DNA from: Botryllus schlosseri
Lineage: Eukaryota
Assembly: GCA_051294905.1 (NCBI GenBank)
Contig: CM119385.1
Span: forward strand, 11,036,001-11,100,000
Direction: 5' to 3'
Length of the DNA stretch: 64,000 nucleotides
Made by a program: the position numbers and the translations under genes. The notes beneath the pieces were generated by a model. The model ran no database searches, had not been told where the DNA came from, and saw only the letters and a program-made list of their open reading frames with translations. Positions 12,870 through 25,541 of the stretch are shown here, piece after piece (position 1 is the first letter of the stretch; each line of letters begins with the position of its first letter).

Positions 12870-14007
12870 AATCCCCCAATACAAAAGATAGCCTGAGGAA
12901 TTTCGGGGCTGTTTTCATGGAGTACCAACATTTAATATTCATAAAAGTCAAGTAAAGCCCAGAAATTTTTTTGCGCTTCGCCCACGGTAGTTAGTTATGG
13001 AGTGACAAATATGTTTTCACCAAAGTATCAGTGAATATAATTTAAGTACCGGATCGCTTGGTGCCGCTCTCACCGTATTGTCGCCCATATCAAATATTTC
13101 ATCACAGTAAATATGGCCCACTATAATGTCTGAAACTACACCGTTTCGTAATCTAGCAATTACCTATCATTTCGTAACCTATCAGCCCATGACGTGCCTT
13201 CTAATCTGGAAAATCCGACTTTTTTTTAACGTTACACCTGTTTTAGCAGATCACCTATGAAGCTTTATGGACAAAAGACATGAAATATATTTTCCGCTTT
13301 TTAGAAGCGGTATTTGTATTTTACTTTCAATTCCGAGTATCATACTTTGAGTTCTAATTATTATTATATTATTATTATTCTAATTATGTTCTGCAGTTAT
13401 TTTGACTGCAGAACATACATGCTGAAGCATAAAAACAAGCGTATTATTTTCCGAAAATGGAGCTACACTAAATATACACTAAATACACTAAATACACACT
13501 AAATATAACTTTTACGATCCACAATATTTGTTATTAAGGTATACTAATCGGGCAAAATGTTGAAACCGTATCCGATACAACTTCTCCGTATTGCTCTTCG
13601 CCTAAACTTGGGGCATTATAATATGAGGTAGGGCGCCATGCCATGATATTCTCAAAAAAGGGTTCTTCTAGTAAACAAAGGGTTAGTATCGCATTTTCAT
13701 ATCAATACTATAATGTGCATCCCATGATGCGAAAGAATGCATATTCTGTCGAAAATTGATACTACCTGGTATGCATCAATACGAATCAAGCTCTCTGCAC
13801 CTTCCGCATAGCTCAATTTGCAGATTTTGGCAGTCCATGCGAACGAATTAAGACTGTTTTCAAAACTACTTCCTTACTTGAGTAGATTTAAAGTCACTCA
13901 ATCCTACTTCTACTGCAAGTAGTTTTAGGTGGCTTATGGAAAAAGTACTTCTACTCGTACTTGAGTAGATTTTTTCGTCGCTACTTTTACTTCTACTTGA
14001 GTAGCTT
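12870..14007 (+). mobile_element. End-truncated copy of the CAGAGGTGGTCA hAT MITE, with an uninterrupted Maverick target site
   Basis: Near 13610 it reads GGGGCATTATAATATGAGG, matching the joined Maverick flanks GGGGCCTTA|TAATATGGGG. Flanked by a SINE head (12841) and SINE tail (~14008-14070). Confidence 0.8.
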
Positions 14008-14466
14008 CTGTCCATTACATCGCATTGTGTCTTATCGCATTGTACATTGTGTGTGTCTTGTTCAGATCAAAATCAACGATTATGGCGATTATTCCGAGTA
14101 TCGTAAGAAACCGCTTGGATGCTTTAAACTTGGAGTGTGCACTGTGCAGTTTGTGGGAGCGCGACTATTATATGAATCGGCATTTCGGCGCAGGGCATTT
14201 TCTCAAGACCTAGCTAGACGAACATCTCGGAGGGCAACATGCGACTCTCCGTGCTTGTGCGTGCGTTACGAAATGATCGACCGCGATAAAACCTCGCAAT
14301 AAAATTTTCTTTCAGTTTCATCTGCTGGTACGTGTAAGCGATTCAAATATATCTGGAGCAACGACAACCTGTACCACATCATCGCGATCTTCGGAGCTTC
14401 AAATCTACTGCCAGATCAACCTTAATTTGATATCAAACCGACCTGTATGATACAGGGTATCACGTA

Positions 14467-14833
14467 TAGGGCTGCATTTAAAACACTTCGTTCGTGTTTT
14501 AAACAAATGCCCTTTTTTTGATTTAAGTTGCATAATTATGTCATAATTGTGTAAATACTTTGCAAAAAACATGTTGTATGAGCCTATACTAGCGATTACC
14601 ACCGGATATAGCCGACGTATACGATAAGATGGCTGGAACCCTCAAAATTGTCGGTTCAACAGCATTAGATATTTTGTCAAAGGAGCTATATTTAAACTGT
14701 ATGTGTCAATCGACTATGACGTCACAATGGAATAATCATGACGTCATGGCATAAAAAAACATGTTTTAAACGTGATGTGTCTTGTTTCAAACACGTTTGT
14801 TTTAAATTGATCATTGTTTTAAATGCAACGCTA
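14467..14833. mobile_element. MITE-like element (TAGGG-type termini); inverted relative at ~18130-18368
   Basis: TAGGGCTGCATTTAAAAC / GTTTTAAATGCAACGCTA; no TSD recognised. Confidence 0.55.
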
Positions 14834-15757
14834 CCACAAAACTGCCATACAATGAAAGATAGGAAGGTGGGTCGAGACGACTTGGCGTAGTCTTTGAAAT
14901 TAGACACCTACTTGGGCCTGGGCGATGTAAAAATAAGGCATGCAAAATGCACACTAAATGAAAAGTAAAGGCAATATAAAAGGCAAGCGACAAAATGAGG
15001 TGGCATGTGGCGGAAGGCGATATCAATATGTTAGGTCGTTCGGTATATTTTCGTCATCAGCTCAGGAATATCTAGAACTTCTAGAAGTTCTAGATATCCC
15101 TGCATCAGGTCAATTCATCGTAGCAACTTTGATGGGCCTGTCAGTTATAGGCTATGGTACCGAACACGGTAGACATGGAATCAACCAAAGCAACCACAGA
15201 AGGTCGATCATTGCGCAACGAAAAATAAATGATGCAGATATTACGTACATTAAGTGGTAGCGGGATTCCTTGCTTGAAACGCTAAATGTGACAAATTTAA
15301 AATGTTTGGCACGGCAGTTGGTAGTAGTTTGACATTTGGCACGCTGCATCCATACGAAAGGTTGGCGACCTCTGGCATAATAGCCTATTTAGTAGGCTGT
15401 AGCCTACGCAATGCCTTTGTGAGAATGGTGATTGTCGGTCGCCTTTACGGTGATACCGATTTCATAAACATCGCGAACTTTAATTTAACATGGGACTATA
15501 TAATGAAACAATGAACATGTTTCGTCTTGTGATTTATCTGCAAGTAGGCTTTCGGGGGTGGGCAACATACGGCCCGCGAAAGGATGTTGAGCGGCCCGCA
15601 GACCGTTTCTGGTCTTCATGATAATGTGACCAGCGTCTGCGGCAATCCATCCCAATATTTACTTAATACGTCACATTATTGTGACTATAGGTTATTGTTT
15701 CTTTTTTCGTGACAAGCATGTTTTGCGTCACAAAGGACCTTAAGCTACCATATTTTC

Positions 15758-16747
15758 TAGGGATGGTGTGAACGTGAGGTTTGCGTTCGCGTTTTGTGTG
15801 TGAACCTCAGATATTTAGAGGTTCACGTTAACAAACGAGCCTTGGTAGGTTCTGCACTGTGAACCTTTTTCATATATCATAATTTTCACTTCATTATAAC
15901 ATATTTGTATGAAATTTATTGCATTTCAACAGCGGGCCACTCTATGCATGGCGCTGCCATCATAAAAAATTAACATCAAACGAGCATGCACCCTGACAAT
16001 CTAAAAATTTTACTTCCTTTGTTACAAAATTTTGCTCGAAACATCCCCCTTTCCGTTTGTGACTCTCTGCTGTGAGCTAGACTCGCAATCACACAACAGC
16101 AAACGCGATATACACTACATGTACTCAGCGAATAATGCTTATTCAACCAATCAATGAAATTGATATCGTCGTCTGCATTGAAAAATGTAGCAGGCCTGCG
16201 GGGTCAATCTGGACTTCATGTGTTTAGTGTATCATAAAACCGAATCCGTTCGATCGGGGTGCTGGCTACTGCTGTATAACTTGCTAATGGGGTAATATCG
16301 GTAACAAGTATAGAAACCAGTTTTACACATTCTGCTCAATATCAACGTAGCAATATAGGCTACTCATACGCCGAATGCAATGTCCATACAGGCCGTTAAA
16401 GGGTAAGCTTATATTCTCTTGCAAGTCCTCGTCGAAATTGTTGCAAAGCGACGGAAGATATCGATTTTATGGTATCATTATGTCATTTGATTGCCCCAGT
16501 TGAAACATTTGGCGACGTTCAAAACGTCAATATGTACCTCAGCATTGTGTGATGATTATGTGGCCCGAGTCATCGCTAGGTATCGTGTACATTAATATAG
16601 GCTATCACCTTACTGAAATGTAGGGTTGGAATTAGCTAGATGACGTCACGTGACGTCATGAGGTTCACGTTCGCGTTCACACAGAACCTTTCTAAGAGGT
16701 TCGCGTTCACACGAACCTGAACCTTTCAGAGGTTCACACCATCCCTA
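15758..16747. mobile_element. hAT MITE (990 bp)
   Basis: TIRs TAGGGATGGTGTGAAC / GTTCACACCATCCCTA; perfect 8-bp TSD ATATTTTC; GAACCT/AGGTTC subterminal repeats. Confidence 0.9.
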
Positions 16748-17289
16748 ATATTTTCCTATAGAAAGCTACATATCAATGAGAAACGTGGATAGCGAAGCGT
16801 TGTTTATAATTTGGATTTGTAATTGGAATGTCACTTAAGTAATTGGAATTCCAAGGCAGTTCATTTCTCGGCGTACATCAGGAAGACAATGTGTATTTGA
16901 AAACTAGATTGTCATATAGGCATTCCCATGTCTGGTATTCTCTTTGATCAACGAACGTATGGTGCAATCCAACCTACGATGCCGGGTACATCGAAATCGG
17001 GAGTGATATTGATCGCTGGCGCTACAGCAACATAAATTTGAGGATTTTATAAAGAGGTCCGAGCCCTTAACCCTGGATACGCCACTGTCTTGACCTCTCG
17101 AATGCATGTTTATGCTGCCTTGAGAATGATTATTCTGATGTTAAGAAAATTTACTAACAAGTTGCTGCAATATCGATAAAATTAAGTTGAAAACTAAAAA
17201 TATGCCAAAGAGCCATATCTTGTACCCAAAAGAGCCATATATGGCTCGCGAGCCATAGGTTCCCGACCACTGGTGTACACGATACCTAG

Positions 17290-18097
17290 CGACGACTCAG
17301 GCCACATAATGCCACAATGCTCTAGTACATACTGTCTTTTTAAACATCGACAAATGTATCAACCGGATCAATCAAATGATATAATAATCTAATATAATCA
17401 ATATCTTCCGTCGCTTTGCCAACAATTTCGATGAGGACTTGCAAGGGAATATAAGCTTAGGCCTTAGCGGTTTGGGCCAGACCGGACAATGTATTCGGCG
17501 TCTGAGTGTTGCTACGTTGATATTGAGAAGAGTGTGCTATGCGTTTTACCCCATTAACAAGTTTTACAGCAGTAGCCAACGCCCCAATCGCACGGATTTG
17601 ATTTTTATGATACAGTAAATATATGAAATCGAGATGGACCCCGTACGCTTGCTAGATTTTTTACATCAGACAGCGATATAATTTCATTGATTGGTTGAAT
17701 AATTATCATTCGCTGACTATAACTATGTAGCGTATTTCGCTCCTGATATTGTGTGATTACGGGTCAAGCACACAACAGAGAGTCACTATTCACAAACAGA
17801 AAGCTGGATATTTCGAGCAATCTTTTGTAACAAAGCAGGTAAAATTTTAGAGACTGTCAAGGTGCACGCTTGTTTAGTGTTGATTTTTTATGCTGCCATC
17901 GTCATGGATTGAGTGTCCCCAGTTGAAATGTAATAAATTTCAACCAAAGATGTAGTAATGACGTGAAAATTGTAATATATGAAAAAGGTTCACAGTGCAG
18001 AACCTACCGAGCAAGGTTCGTCTGTGAACGTGAACCTCTAAATTTCCGAGGTTCTCACGCAGAACGCGAACGTGAACCTCACGTTCACACCATCCCT
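17290..18097 (-). mobile_element. Inverted, one-end-truncated copy of the 15758-16747 MITE
   Basis: 17401-17460 is the reverse complement of ~16400-16460; ends GTTCACACCATCCCTA. Confidence 0.75.
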
Positions 18098-19530
18098 AAT
18101 AGCTCCTTCGACGAAATATCTGTACTACTTGAGTTGAACCGACCATTTTGAGGGTTCCAACCATCCCATATCAATATACGTAGGCTATATCGGGTGGCAA
18201 TTGTCCGTAGGCTCATACAACATGTTTTTTTGAAAGTATTTACACAATTATGGCATAATTTTACAACTTAAAAAAAAAACAATTTTGTTATTTTTAAAGG
18301 CCTTTGTTTAAACCAATGCTTAAAACACAAAGCGTTTTAAAACACAGTTTGTTTTAAATGCAACCCTAGATATAATAGGAAAAAAGAGATGGGAAAGTCT
18401 ATGAATAGATCATGAAATGATTGTACAATACGATAACCTAATGTATATGGTAGGCCTACATGGTTTTTAACTGCAAGGACAGGAAATCGAGTATCACTCA
18501 ATGTGACATCATATTCAGAGAATGGTTGACGTCGAAAATGCAAATATGTACTTTTAATGCGACTGCAAAGAAAATAATGCTAGTTATTATCCATCATATA
18601 AAAGATTTCCTGCTTTGTCTATTTTGGACGTTTTTTCCCTTGCGTGGTCCATCCACATCTTGTACGAGAAATTTCTCTTGTCTTTCTCATTAGTAGAGCG
18701 GGGCATGGATAGTCCATGGACTAGATATCCGACGGATTTTTTTCAATTTTGGGCCGGAGCCGGATACACACTTTCGCTTATCAGACTGGATCCAGATTCG
18801 TAGTTTATCTGATAGGCCGAAGAAGCAGGGAGTAGTGTGCATGATTTTACCAGTTCCTTGCTAGGGGGATATTGGCAGGATTTATTTTGGCCGGAGTTGG
18901 ATTCAGACTTTCTTCTGATACGGCCGGAGTCTGATCGAAGCCGGATTCCATTCTGAAGAAACAGGATCGTGATAGTACTAGGGAATTTGTCGATCTGCTG
19001 CCTCTCACTAATAGCTATAGTGTACAGCGACTATATTTGGGATCCACAAATAACATGGAACACTCGACTTCTTTATCATGACCAGACGATCGACTCATAT
19101 TGCTTCATTTCATAACATTACGAATACATGGTATTGACCGTAGAAATGTCAAGTGTAGGCAAGATGCGGGTAAAATTAAAATTTCATGTAAGCAAACAGT
19201 CTCAAAAATAGGCGAATTATAGCCTATACGTCACCGTAACATCGTTAGAATCTTTGCTCGTATATGACGTAGCAAATAATGCCCGAAAGATAATAATTTG
19301 TCGTGGACTGAAAAGCTGTGATTACACCGCAGCATTATAGGCCGACGTCATCAATGTAGCTAATGCACTGAGAAATAACGAAGTTAATCCTAGTTGCCTG
19401 TAATAGGTAGCGTAGGCTCATAGCACAAACACTGATTGATTAGTCAATTGACGAAAATGGTATATTTTGTATTTAGCTTCTAGTTTTCATCACAGCGATA
19501 TCCGACACAACAGAACAAAATGGTCTACCT

Positions 19531-20588
19531 CAGGGGTCACCAACCTTTTTGCAACCGAGGGCTACTTTTGCGTAATGATTGAAGCGGCGGGCTACTATTT
19601 ACTCCCGCCGTTTACCCGTACCACACTGAATTACCGCTTTGATATTCATAGCACTGGGCAGGACTGGACATCATGTTATCTGTTTCCATAGCAGTCAGTG
19701 GGATGCTTAGCATTGTATGATATCAACTAGTGCGCTGTTCTCTGGTATGTAACTTGACACTGCAATTCTGAGTGATTGTTTCAGATGTGCATTGATTGAG
19801 CGTGTTTTGTGTTTGCTTTTGATGAAGTTCATGTCCGAAAAGGCTGATTCACAACGATAAGTTGAACCATAGACGATTGCAATCTTCATAGCTGCAGCGC
19901 ACACACCACTGTACTTTTCCGTATCAACCATGAACCAAACGTTTGCTGCAGACTGAGGTGGGGGTCATTTTGCAGTGTTACAATTTCAATCTCCAACTGT
20001 TCAGCATCCAGAAATGACAAGATTGCATTATACCGGACAGCAGCAACGATTACAGAAAGTTAGAAACATGGTATATTAAACTGCGTTGAGTGTAACAGAA
20101 ACAAGCTGTGCAAAAAGATGCAATACGTAATGGGTATACATATATTGAAAATCTGCTAGTACTTCACGGCTATCTGACTCCGAATAGTAATATTGTTTAC
20201 TACTTTGGCATTGTCCTGGTCGTCGAGCTATCGTAACGGCACCCCCCACCATTTCAAGAAGACCTTGGACGGCATTCCGTCATGTCGCCTTCAGGCAATG
20301 CGCCTTATCTTGAATTTCCGGTGATTCTATCAAGTACATCTATATATTACTAATTGTAATAGAAGATATTTTCAAGTGTTTATATATGTAAGTTACATGT
20401 TAGTGTGTTTTAAACAAGAATAGGCTAGCTGAATCAATCAATCTATATATTTAAAAGCTCACTGGCAATAATCTGACGAATATTGGTAAATGCTGCTATT
20501 CCACCTATTTTTAAAATGAGCTCGCGGGCTACTCATCTAGTCCTCGCGGGCGACCTGGTGCCCGCGGGCACCGGGTTGGTGACCCCTG
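19531..20588 (-). mobile_element. Non-autonomous hAT (Charlie-like) element with transposase C-terminal remnant
   Basis: TIRs CAGGGGTCACCAACC / GGTTGGTGACCCCTG; perfect 8-bp TSD GTCTACCT. ORF 19707-19931 has GSTYRCESAFSDMNFIKSKHKTR...HLKQSLRI, a hAT dimerisation-domain pattern. Confidence 0.9.
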
Positions 20589-20886
20589 GTCTACCTTATA
20601 GTATCCTGCGCTATCGCATGTACTGAATGAACAACATTAACAGGTTGCAATTTCGATTGATATATAGGCATCAGGTTAGCATTTAGCAATTCAATACAAA
20701 AGATAAAGATACAGTATAGCCTACAATAAGAGGTACATATTGACTTCAAACAACATTGCATGACGCAAAGGAAGTGGTTTATACTGCTCAGTGTTCACGA
20801 AACAACACTTTTACGGGATGAAAATCGCGATGATACGTAGGCTATATGCTTCCAGAAAATGTTTGGTCAATTGCATTGTCGCCATT

Positions 20887-21099
20887 TCAGCACATCGGCT
20901 TGCCTTGCACCATCCCTTCAGCAAATAGGTGCGGCAGCTGAACGCCTCTGAGCAGAATGTCTCCCAGTCCTTTGCAAGGATTGATACAAACTGTGAATGG
21001 TAGTATGAAGACATAGAGGCCGGCAAGTATTCCTGCCACCGGCCAACCGATGAAGATGAGCCCCAATAACCATAACAACGACCATAAAAAGTTTGCCAT
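20887..21099 (-). CDS. Small 70-aa hydrophobic, Cys-containing membrane protein
   Basis: ATG at 21099 follows an ACAG acceptor (putative 5'UTR intron 21101-21175, GTAAC...ACAG). The protein MANFLWSLLWLLGLIFIGWPVAGILAGLYVFILPFTVCINPCKG...LPHLFAEGMVQGKPMC resembles, from memory, an uncharacterised invertebrate small-protein family. Confidence 0.7.
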   Translation of the reverse strand: MANFLWSLLWLLGLIFIGWPVAGILAGLYVFILPFTVCINPCKGLGDILLRGVQLPHLFAEGMVQGKPMC

Positions 21100-23714
21100 C
21101 CTGTCAGACAAGATTTACATAAATTAATGTCATGTAAGCTACACGATCATCATCTGACATAAAATCTGCAGTTACCTTGGATGTAGCCTATGTATAATGT
21201 ATATAAACTACGCGCTGCTCTACACCGCTTCAAGACAACGCAGCTTGATGCATGAATTAATACATCATATAGCACTCGCCACCGTGACAGGAAATTGCCG
21301 TGTTGCGGACACGTGACTGCAAGCAGTCAGTTTTTACGTAGAGGTTACGCGTGTTACGTTATCCGAGTTGTCAACTGCCTAATTTGCCACTATACGTCGA
21401 TCGTTCGATGTACGATATCAAAAGACAGAACCGCCCGACCGATGAAACAAACCTCGGCCCGACGGACGAACACCGGGTCAGCGTCTGTATCATAAGCAAA
21501 CGGTGTATGGACGAGTGAACGTTCAATCAATTCTCCAAAGTTTTAGAATGAAAACTGTTAGTTCATCATATGAGCGTGACAGCCCCGCGGACAATCCTTT
21601 CCCATGCACGATTTACAGTCTAGGGTTACCATATTTATGATTCGGGAAAGAAGACCAAATCAGGAAAGTTAATCAAGACTGAAAACAGCCGATTTTGCTA
21701 TTTTTGCTCGAAAATTTGTGGGGTTGACTAAAAAAAGTCATCACGTTCGGTCTACTCCACTCTTTACCCACTTTTTAAATGTAGTGGTGGTGACTAAAAA
21801 ATGGTCGTCACTTTCAATGACTCCCGCCGAATGACCCGCTCGAACGTCCGTAGTAGCTATTTAGCGTCATTTAATCCGATTTTCAGCCGAATCAGTCCAT
21901 TATCCTAGCTGTAAAAGCTCTAAAGGAGGACGAAGTTTCAAAAAGGAGGACAATTAGGCGTCCTCAGAGGACATTTCCAAAAGCCTGAAAAATGAGGACA
22001 AATCCTCCTAAAGGAGGACGTATGGTAACCCTAAGCTATCTATCTGATGCTCCTATCATGATAGGCCTATATATTTGATCACCGGCTACTCGCGACTGCG
22101 TGTTCGAGGTGTCATTACAGTCGATCTTATACTAAACATTCCTCGCATCACATAGAGCACCTCGAGGTGGTCAAATACGCAGTTCATACTTTCATTGCCC
22201 TGACCAGATTTTAATTTGTAGGCTACACTACACTAGCTTTCGATTAGGACAAGTTTCATTACATCTGAGCGCTCGGATCACCAGCAATGGAACTACTAGG
22301 TGGTTTTAGCTGGCTGCTGCTGGTTTTAGCAGGCTCAGCAGTAGATGTCCCTGCGTATTCAAGTGTGACGATTGGGCTGAGCAATGAGCATTAAGCAATG
22401 AGCATCTATCACAGGGGTTGGTAAACTATACGGCCCGCGGGCCGCATGCGGCCTGCAACACCGTTTTGTGCAGCTCGTGAATGCCTCAAGAAGCGTTGTA
22501 AAAATATCGATAAAATCTGTACTAAAAGTCAAATTACTGTAGCTAATTGAATAAATTTTTCTTAATAATTTCAACCTGATATAAGTTCTACCATATAGGC
22601 GGCCCCGGTTCGTTTCCCGTCGGAGGTTTATCGGGCTCCTCTTCCCCCTCCGTTGCCGTTCTCAAGGCGACAAAAAAGTCCAGAAATTGACCGGACGAAA
22701 GAAAGCACTCACAAGGAATGGAAAGAGCTAGAAAGGGCCGATAGGCTTTAAAAATATCAACATCGAAAAAGACCTGTGACGGCGGGCACTCTAGGCCGAG
22801 GTGGGTGCAGAGGTGGTCAGTAACGAAGTAGGCCTACTTCTACTTTTTCGAATTACTCAAGTAGTTTTCCTCTACTTCTGGTACTTACTCAAGTAGGTCT
22901 TCTTTTCGCTACTTCTACTTCTACTTCGTAATATATTTTAAACTACTTACTTACTTTACGCTATTTTCAGTTTGTCAAATAGAAGTAGTTTAATCCCCCA
23001 ATAAGAAAGATAGCCTAAGGACTTTCGGGGCTGTTTCACGTAGTACCAATATTCAATTTTCATAAAAGTCATGTAATACCTAGAATTTTCGTTTCGCTTC
23101 GAGCACAGTAAATATGGAGTGACAAATATGTTTTAACGAAAGTATCGCTGAAAATAATTTAGATACCGCGGGTGGCGTGGTTCCGTTCACACCGCATTGT
23201 CGGCTATATCAAATATTTCATCACAGTAAGTATGACCCCCCATAACGTTTGAAACTACCGTTTCACAATCTAGCACTTGCCTATTATACCTAGCAGCCCA
23301 TGACGTGTCCTAATCTGGAAAAGTGGACTTTGACTTTTTTACCGTTAGACCTGTTTTAGCAGACCACCGTTAAAACTTTTTGGACAAAAGACATGAAATA
23401 TATTTTCCGCTTTTTAGAAATAGTATTCGTATTTTTATTTCAATTACGAGTATTATAGGTTGAGTTCTGATTATAGTTTCAGTTCATTTGTCTGAAGAAC
23501 ATACATGTTGAAGTATAAAAGCAAGAATAGTAATGCCTTATATTTTCGGAAAATAAAGCTATACACCCTATAGCATTTTTACGATCTGCCATATATTAAA
23601 TTACCGTACACTAATCGCGCAAAGTGTTCAAACTGTATCCGACACAACTTCTCCGTATTGCTCTTCGAATGAACTAGGGGCCTTAAGTAGTATTATACAC
23701 GGTAACGAGGCGCG

Positions 23715-23995
23715 CCCCAATCAGCGTCGAGTATTTGATCACGTGACATCTGTTAGCCAATCAGAATGCAGAACGAAGTGGGTGTGGTTCCAATACGAGA
23801 GAGGTTTTGGTTGTGTGAGAGATGGCATAGTTCCAGTCCAGTAACGCTGAGATATTTATTACGTCATTGCGTAAGTTGATTACCTATAATTGCGTATTGC
23901 AGCATGTGTATAATGATTACGTCATTATACGTCATTGCGTAAGTTGATTACCTATGATTGCGTATTGCACCATATTCATGATTACGTCACAAGCG
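23715..23995 (+). promoter_or_regulatory. TIR promoter: CCAAT boxes, CACGTG E-box, clustered TTACGTCA (ATF/CRE-type) sites in a ~65-bp duplicated unit
   Basis: CCAATCAG twice, ATCACGTGAC near 23739; TTACGTCA at 23859, 23917 and 23982, ATACGTCA at 23927; directly upstream of the Bcl-2 ORF. Confidence 0.6.
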
Positions 23996-24025
23996 TAGTT
24001 GATGCTCACTGTTATCTTCAAAACC

Positions 24026-24520
24026 ATGGAATTATTGCGAGTATCACCTGCGCTCACTGAAGAAAAGGATGAAATTATATCCACGGCATATTCCTTAGCT
24101 AGAAATTTTATCATGTATGAAATCGACGGCTCAAGCGTTAAAGCAAATACACAGGTGGAGAAAACCTTACGACGAGTTGTTACTGAAATATTTGAGCGAT
24201 ATCGAACTATCCTAAACGCAGTCTCCAAGCGCCTTCGTTATAGTGAAGTCAATGAGAAATATAAAGAACATTCACCCATTGAGCGAATGTTCCTGATGAT
24301 AGCCGATGAAATATTCAAAGATAGTCAAGAAAATTGGGGTCGGATTGTGTCTCTTTATGTGCTTGGCGGCATTCTTGCTCGCAATAACGAGGCTGCGCAT
24401 AACGGCAGGGATATAGATGCTATCATACAGACACTCGGGAATTACATTGCTACTAAAAAACGAAAGTGGATAGAACAAAATGGTGGATGGAGGCATTTTG
24501 TCACGTGGTATCACTTATAA
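24026..24520 (+). CDS. Bcl-2 family protein (viral Bcl-2-like), left TIR copy, 164 aa from the AAACCATGG start
   Basis: BH1 EIFKDSQENWGRIVSLYVLGG, BH2 WIEQNGGWRHF, BH3-like TLRRVVTEIFE; no C-terminal TM anchor; intronless. Confidence 0.9.
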   Translation: MELLRVSPALTEEKDEIISTAYSLARNFIMYEIDGSSVKANTQVEKTLRRVVTEIFERYRTILNAVSKRLRYSEVNEKYKEHSPIERMFLMIADEIFKDSQENWGRIVSLYVLGGILARNNEAAHNGRDIDAIIQTLGNYIATKKRKWIEQNGGWRHFVTWYHL

Positions 24521-24619
24521 AAGCTCGATCGCAGTTACTATTTGTTATATTTACATCATGGGTTCCGTGCGAATAAACGGTTGTAAGTTTATTGGATCCA
24601 AGGCCGTATCATGGATAGT

Positions 24620-24814
24620 GTGAAGTAGTTGTCTACCCAGAGCTTTTGCTCCTTTGGAAATCAAGGGTACCACACTACGTCCCAAACTGCGAAATAGATT
24701 ACCTAGACCGTGACCTCTTTGCACTCGACCTCGAAAGTAGTTTATGTCCCCTCCGCTTTGATTTCGATAATAGTGTTGAAAAGCTTCACGATCACAACAG
24801 TAATGTGCTCTCAT
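24620..24814 (-). pseudogene. 3'-truncated copy of the cement/pX-like gene running into the TIR
   Basis: Identical to the 36686 ORF up to LGRQLLHT, then reads antisense TIR sequence. Confidence 0.8.
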
Positions 24815-25541
24815 CGTGACGTAAAGCAAGTGTGATATGAACTACAGAACCATTCAGATTTATAGATGCACCTTTATCGTCTCTAATACTAATTCGAATT
24901 CGATTGGCATATTCCGCAATCATAGGGAAAAAGTAGATTTTCTCAAAAATGTGATGTTGGTATTCATTGTTAGCTGCTGTGATAGGGATATTTCGCAATA
25001 GCGGTGCATTCGTATCACCAACTGTTTGTGGTCGAATGAGATCGGTATAGACCAATAAATTACTTATCGGTGCGATGCTATCTCGCAGGAACATTTGCGA
25101 AGTTAAATATTTTCCTTGCGGTAAATTTTGTTCTTTAAGATTTCCATATACGAAAACCGGATTTCTGATTCTCTTTGGATTTCTTCGGAAATTCGGAAAG
25201 GCACCTGCTTCGCTAGGGGGAATGACTAGCATAGCCGTGGAGCTTGACAGCTGATTTATCCATACCTTTGTCTGAGTACGATTGATTCTATCGATCAAGC
25301 TTTTGAAATCATAATAATCCCCATTTGGATAGAAAAAATAATTATTGCTTTGCGCTGCCAACAGAGCAGATGATTTTTCCTCTTGAAATTCCCATAACAA
25401 TCCATTGAAATGGGGTAAAGTAGCTTGAAACTGATTACGAACTGAAAATTCTGCAAGCCCCAACTCCCATTTTCCAGTGATGGGACGCGCCAAGTCAAGT
25501 ACAAAATCCGATTTCGAACTGCTAATGTGAATGTATTTCAT
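24792..25541 (-). CDS. Minor capsid (penton-like) protein 2, intact copy, 249 aa
   Basis: N-terminal KWELGLAEF and C-terminal LLVYTDLIRPQTVGDTNAPLLRNI...IRISIRDDKG...VHITLALR match the Maverick minor-capsid pattern; full-length ORF. Confidence 0.85.
   Translation of the reverse strand: MKYIHISSSKSDFVLDLARPITGKWELGLAEFSVRNQFQATLPHFNGLLWEFQEEKSSALLAAQSNNYFFYPNGDYYDFKSLIDRINRTQTKVWINQLSSSTAMLVIPPSEAGAFPNFRRNPKRIRNPVFVYGNLKEQNLPQGKYLTSQMFLRDSIAPISNLLVYTDLIRPQTVGDTNAPLLRNIPITAANNEYQHHIFEKIYFFPMIAEYANRIRISIRDDKGASINLNGSVVHITLALRHDESTLLL

Larger units (their letters stand above)
23686..24619 (+). repeat. Left terminal inverted repeat (934 bp)
   Basis: Reverse complement of 40739-41672; no mismatch seen in the segments compared, and the ORF translations are identical in both copies. 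Confidence 0.95.

Noticed and set aside
14467-18368. Single 3.9-kb composite transposon bounded by inverted TAGGG termini
   Set aside because: No TSD at the outer ends; better explained as two separate, oppositely oriented MITE copies.
23932-24514. 98-aa and 80-aa ORFs antisense to Bcl-2 (and their right-TIR mirrors)
   Set aside because: Shadow ORFs with no motifs; duplicated only because they lie in the TIR.
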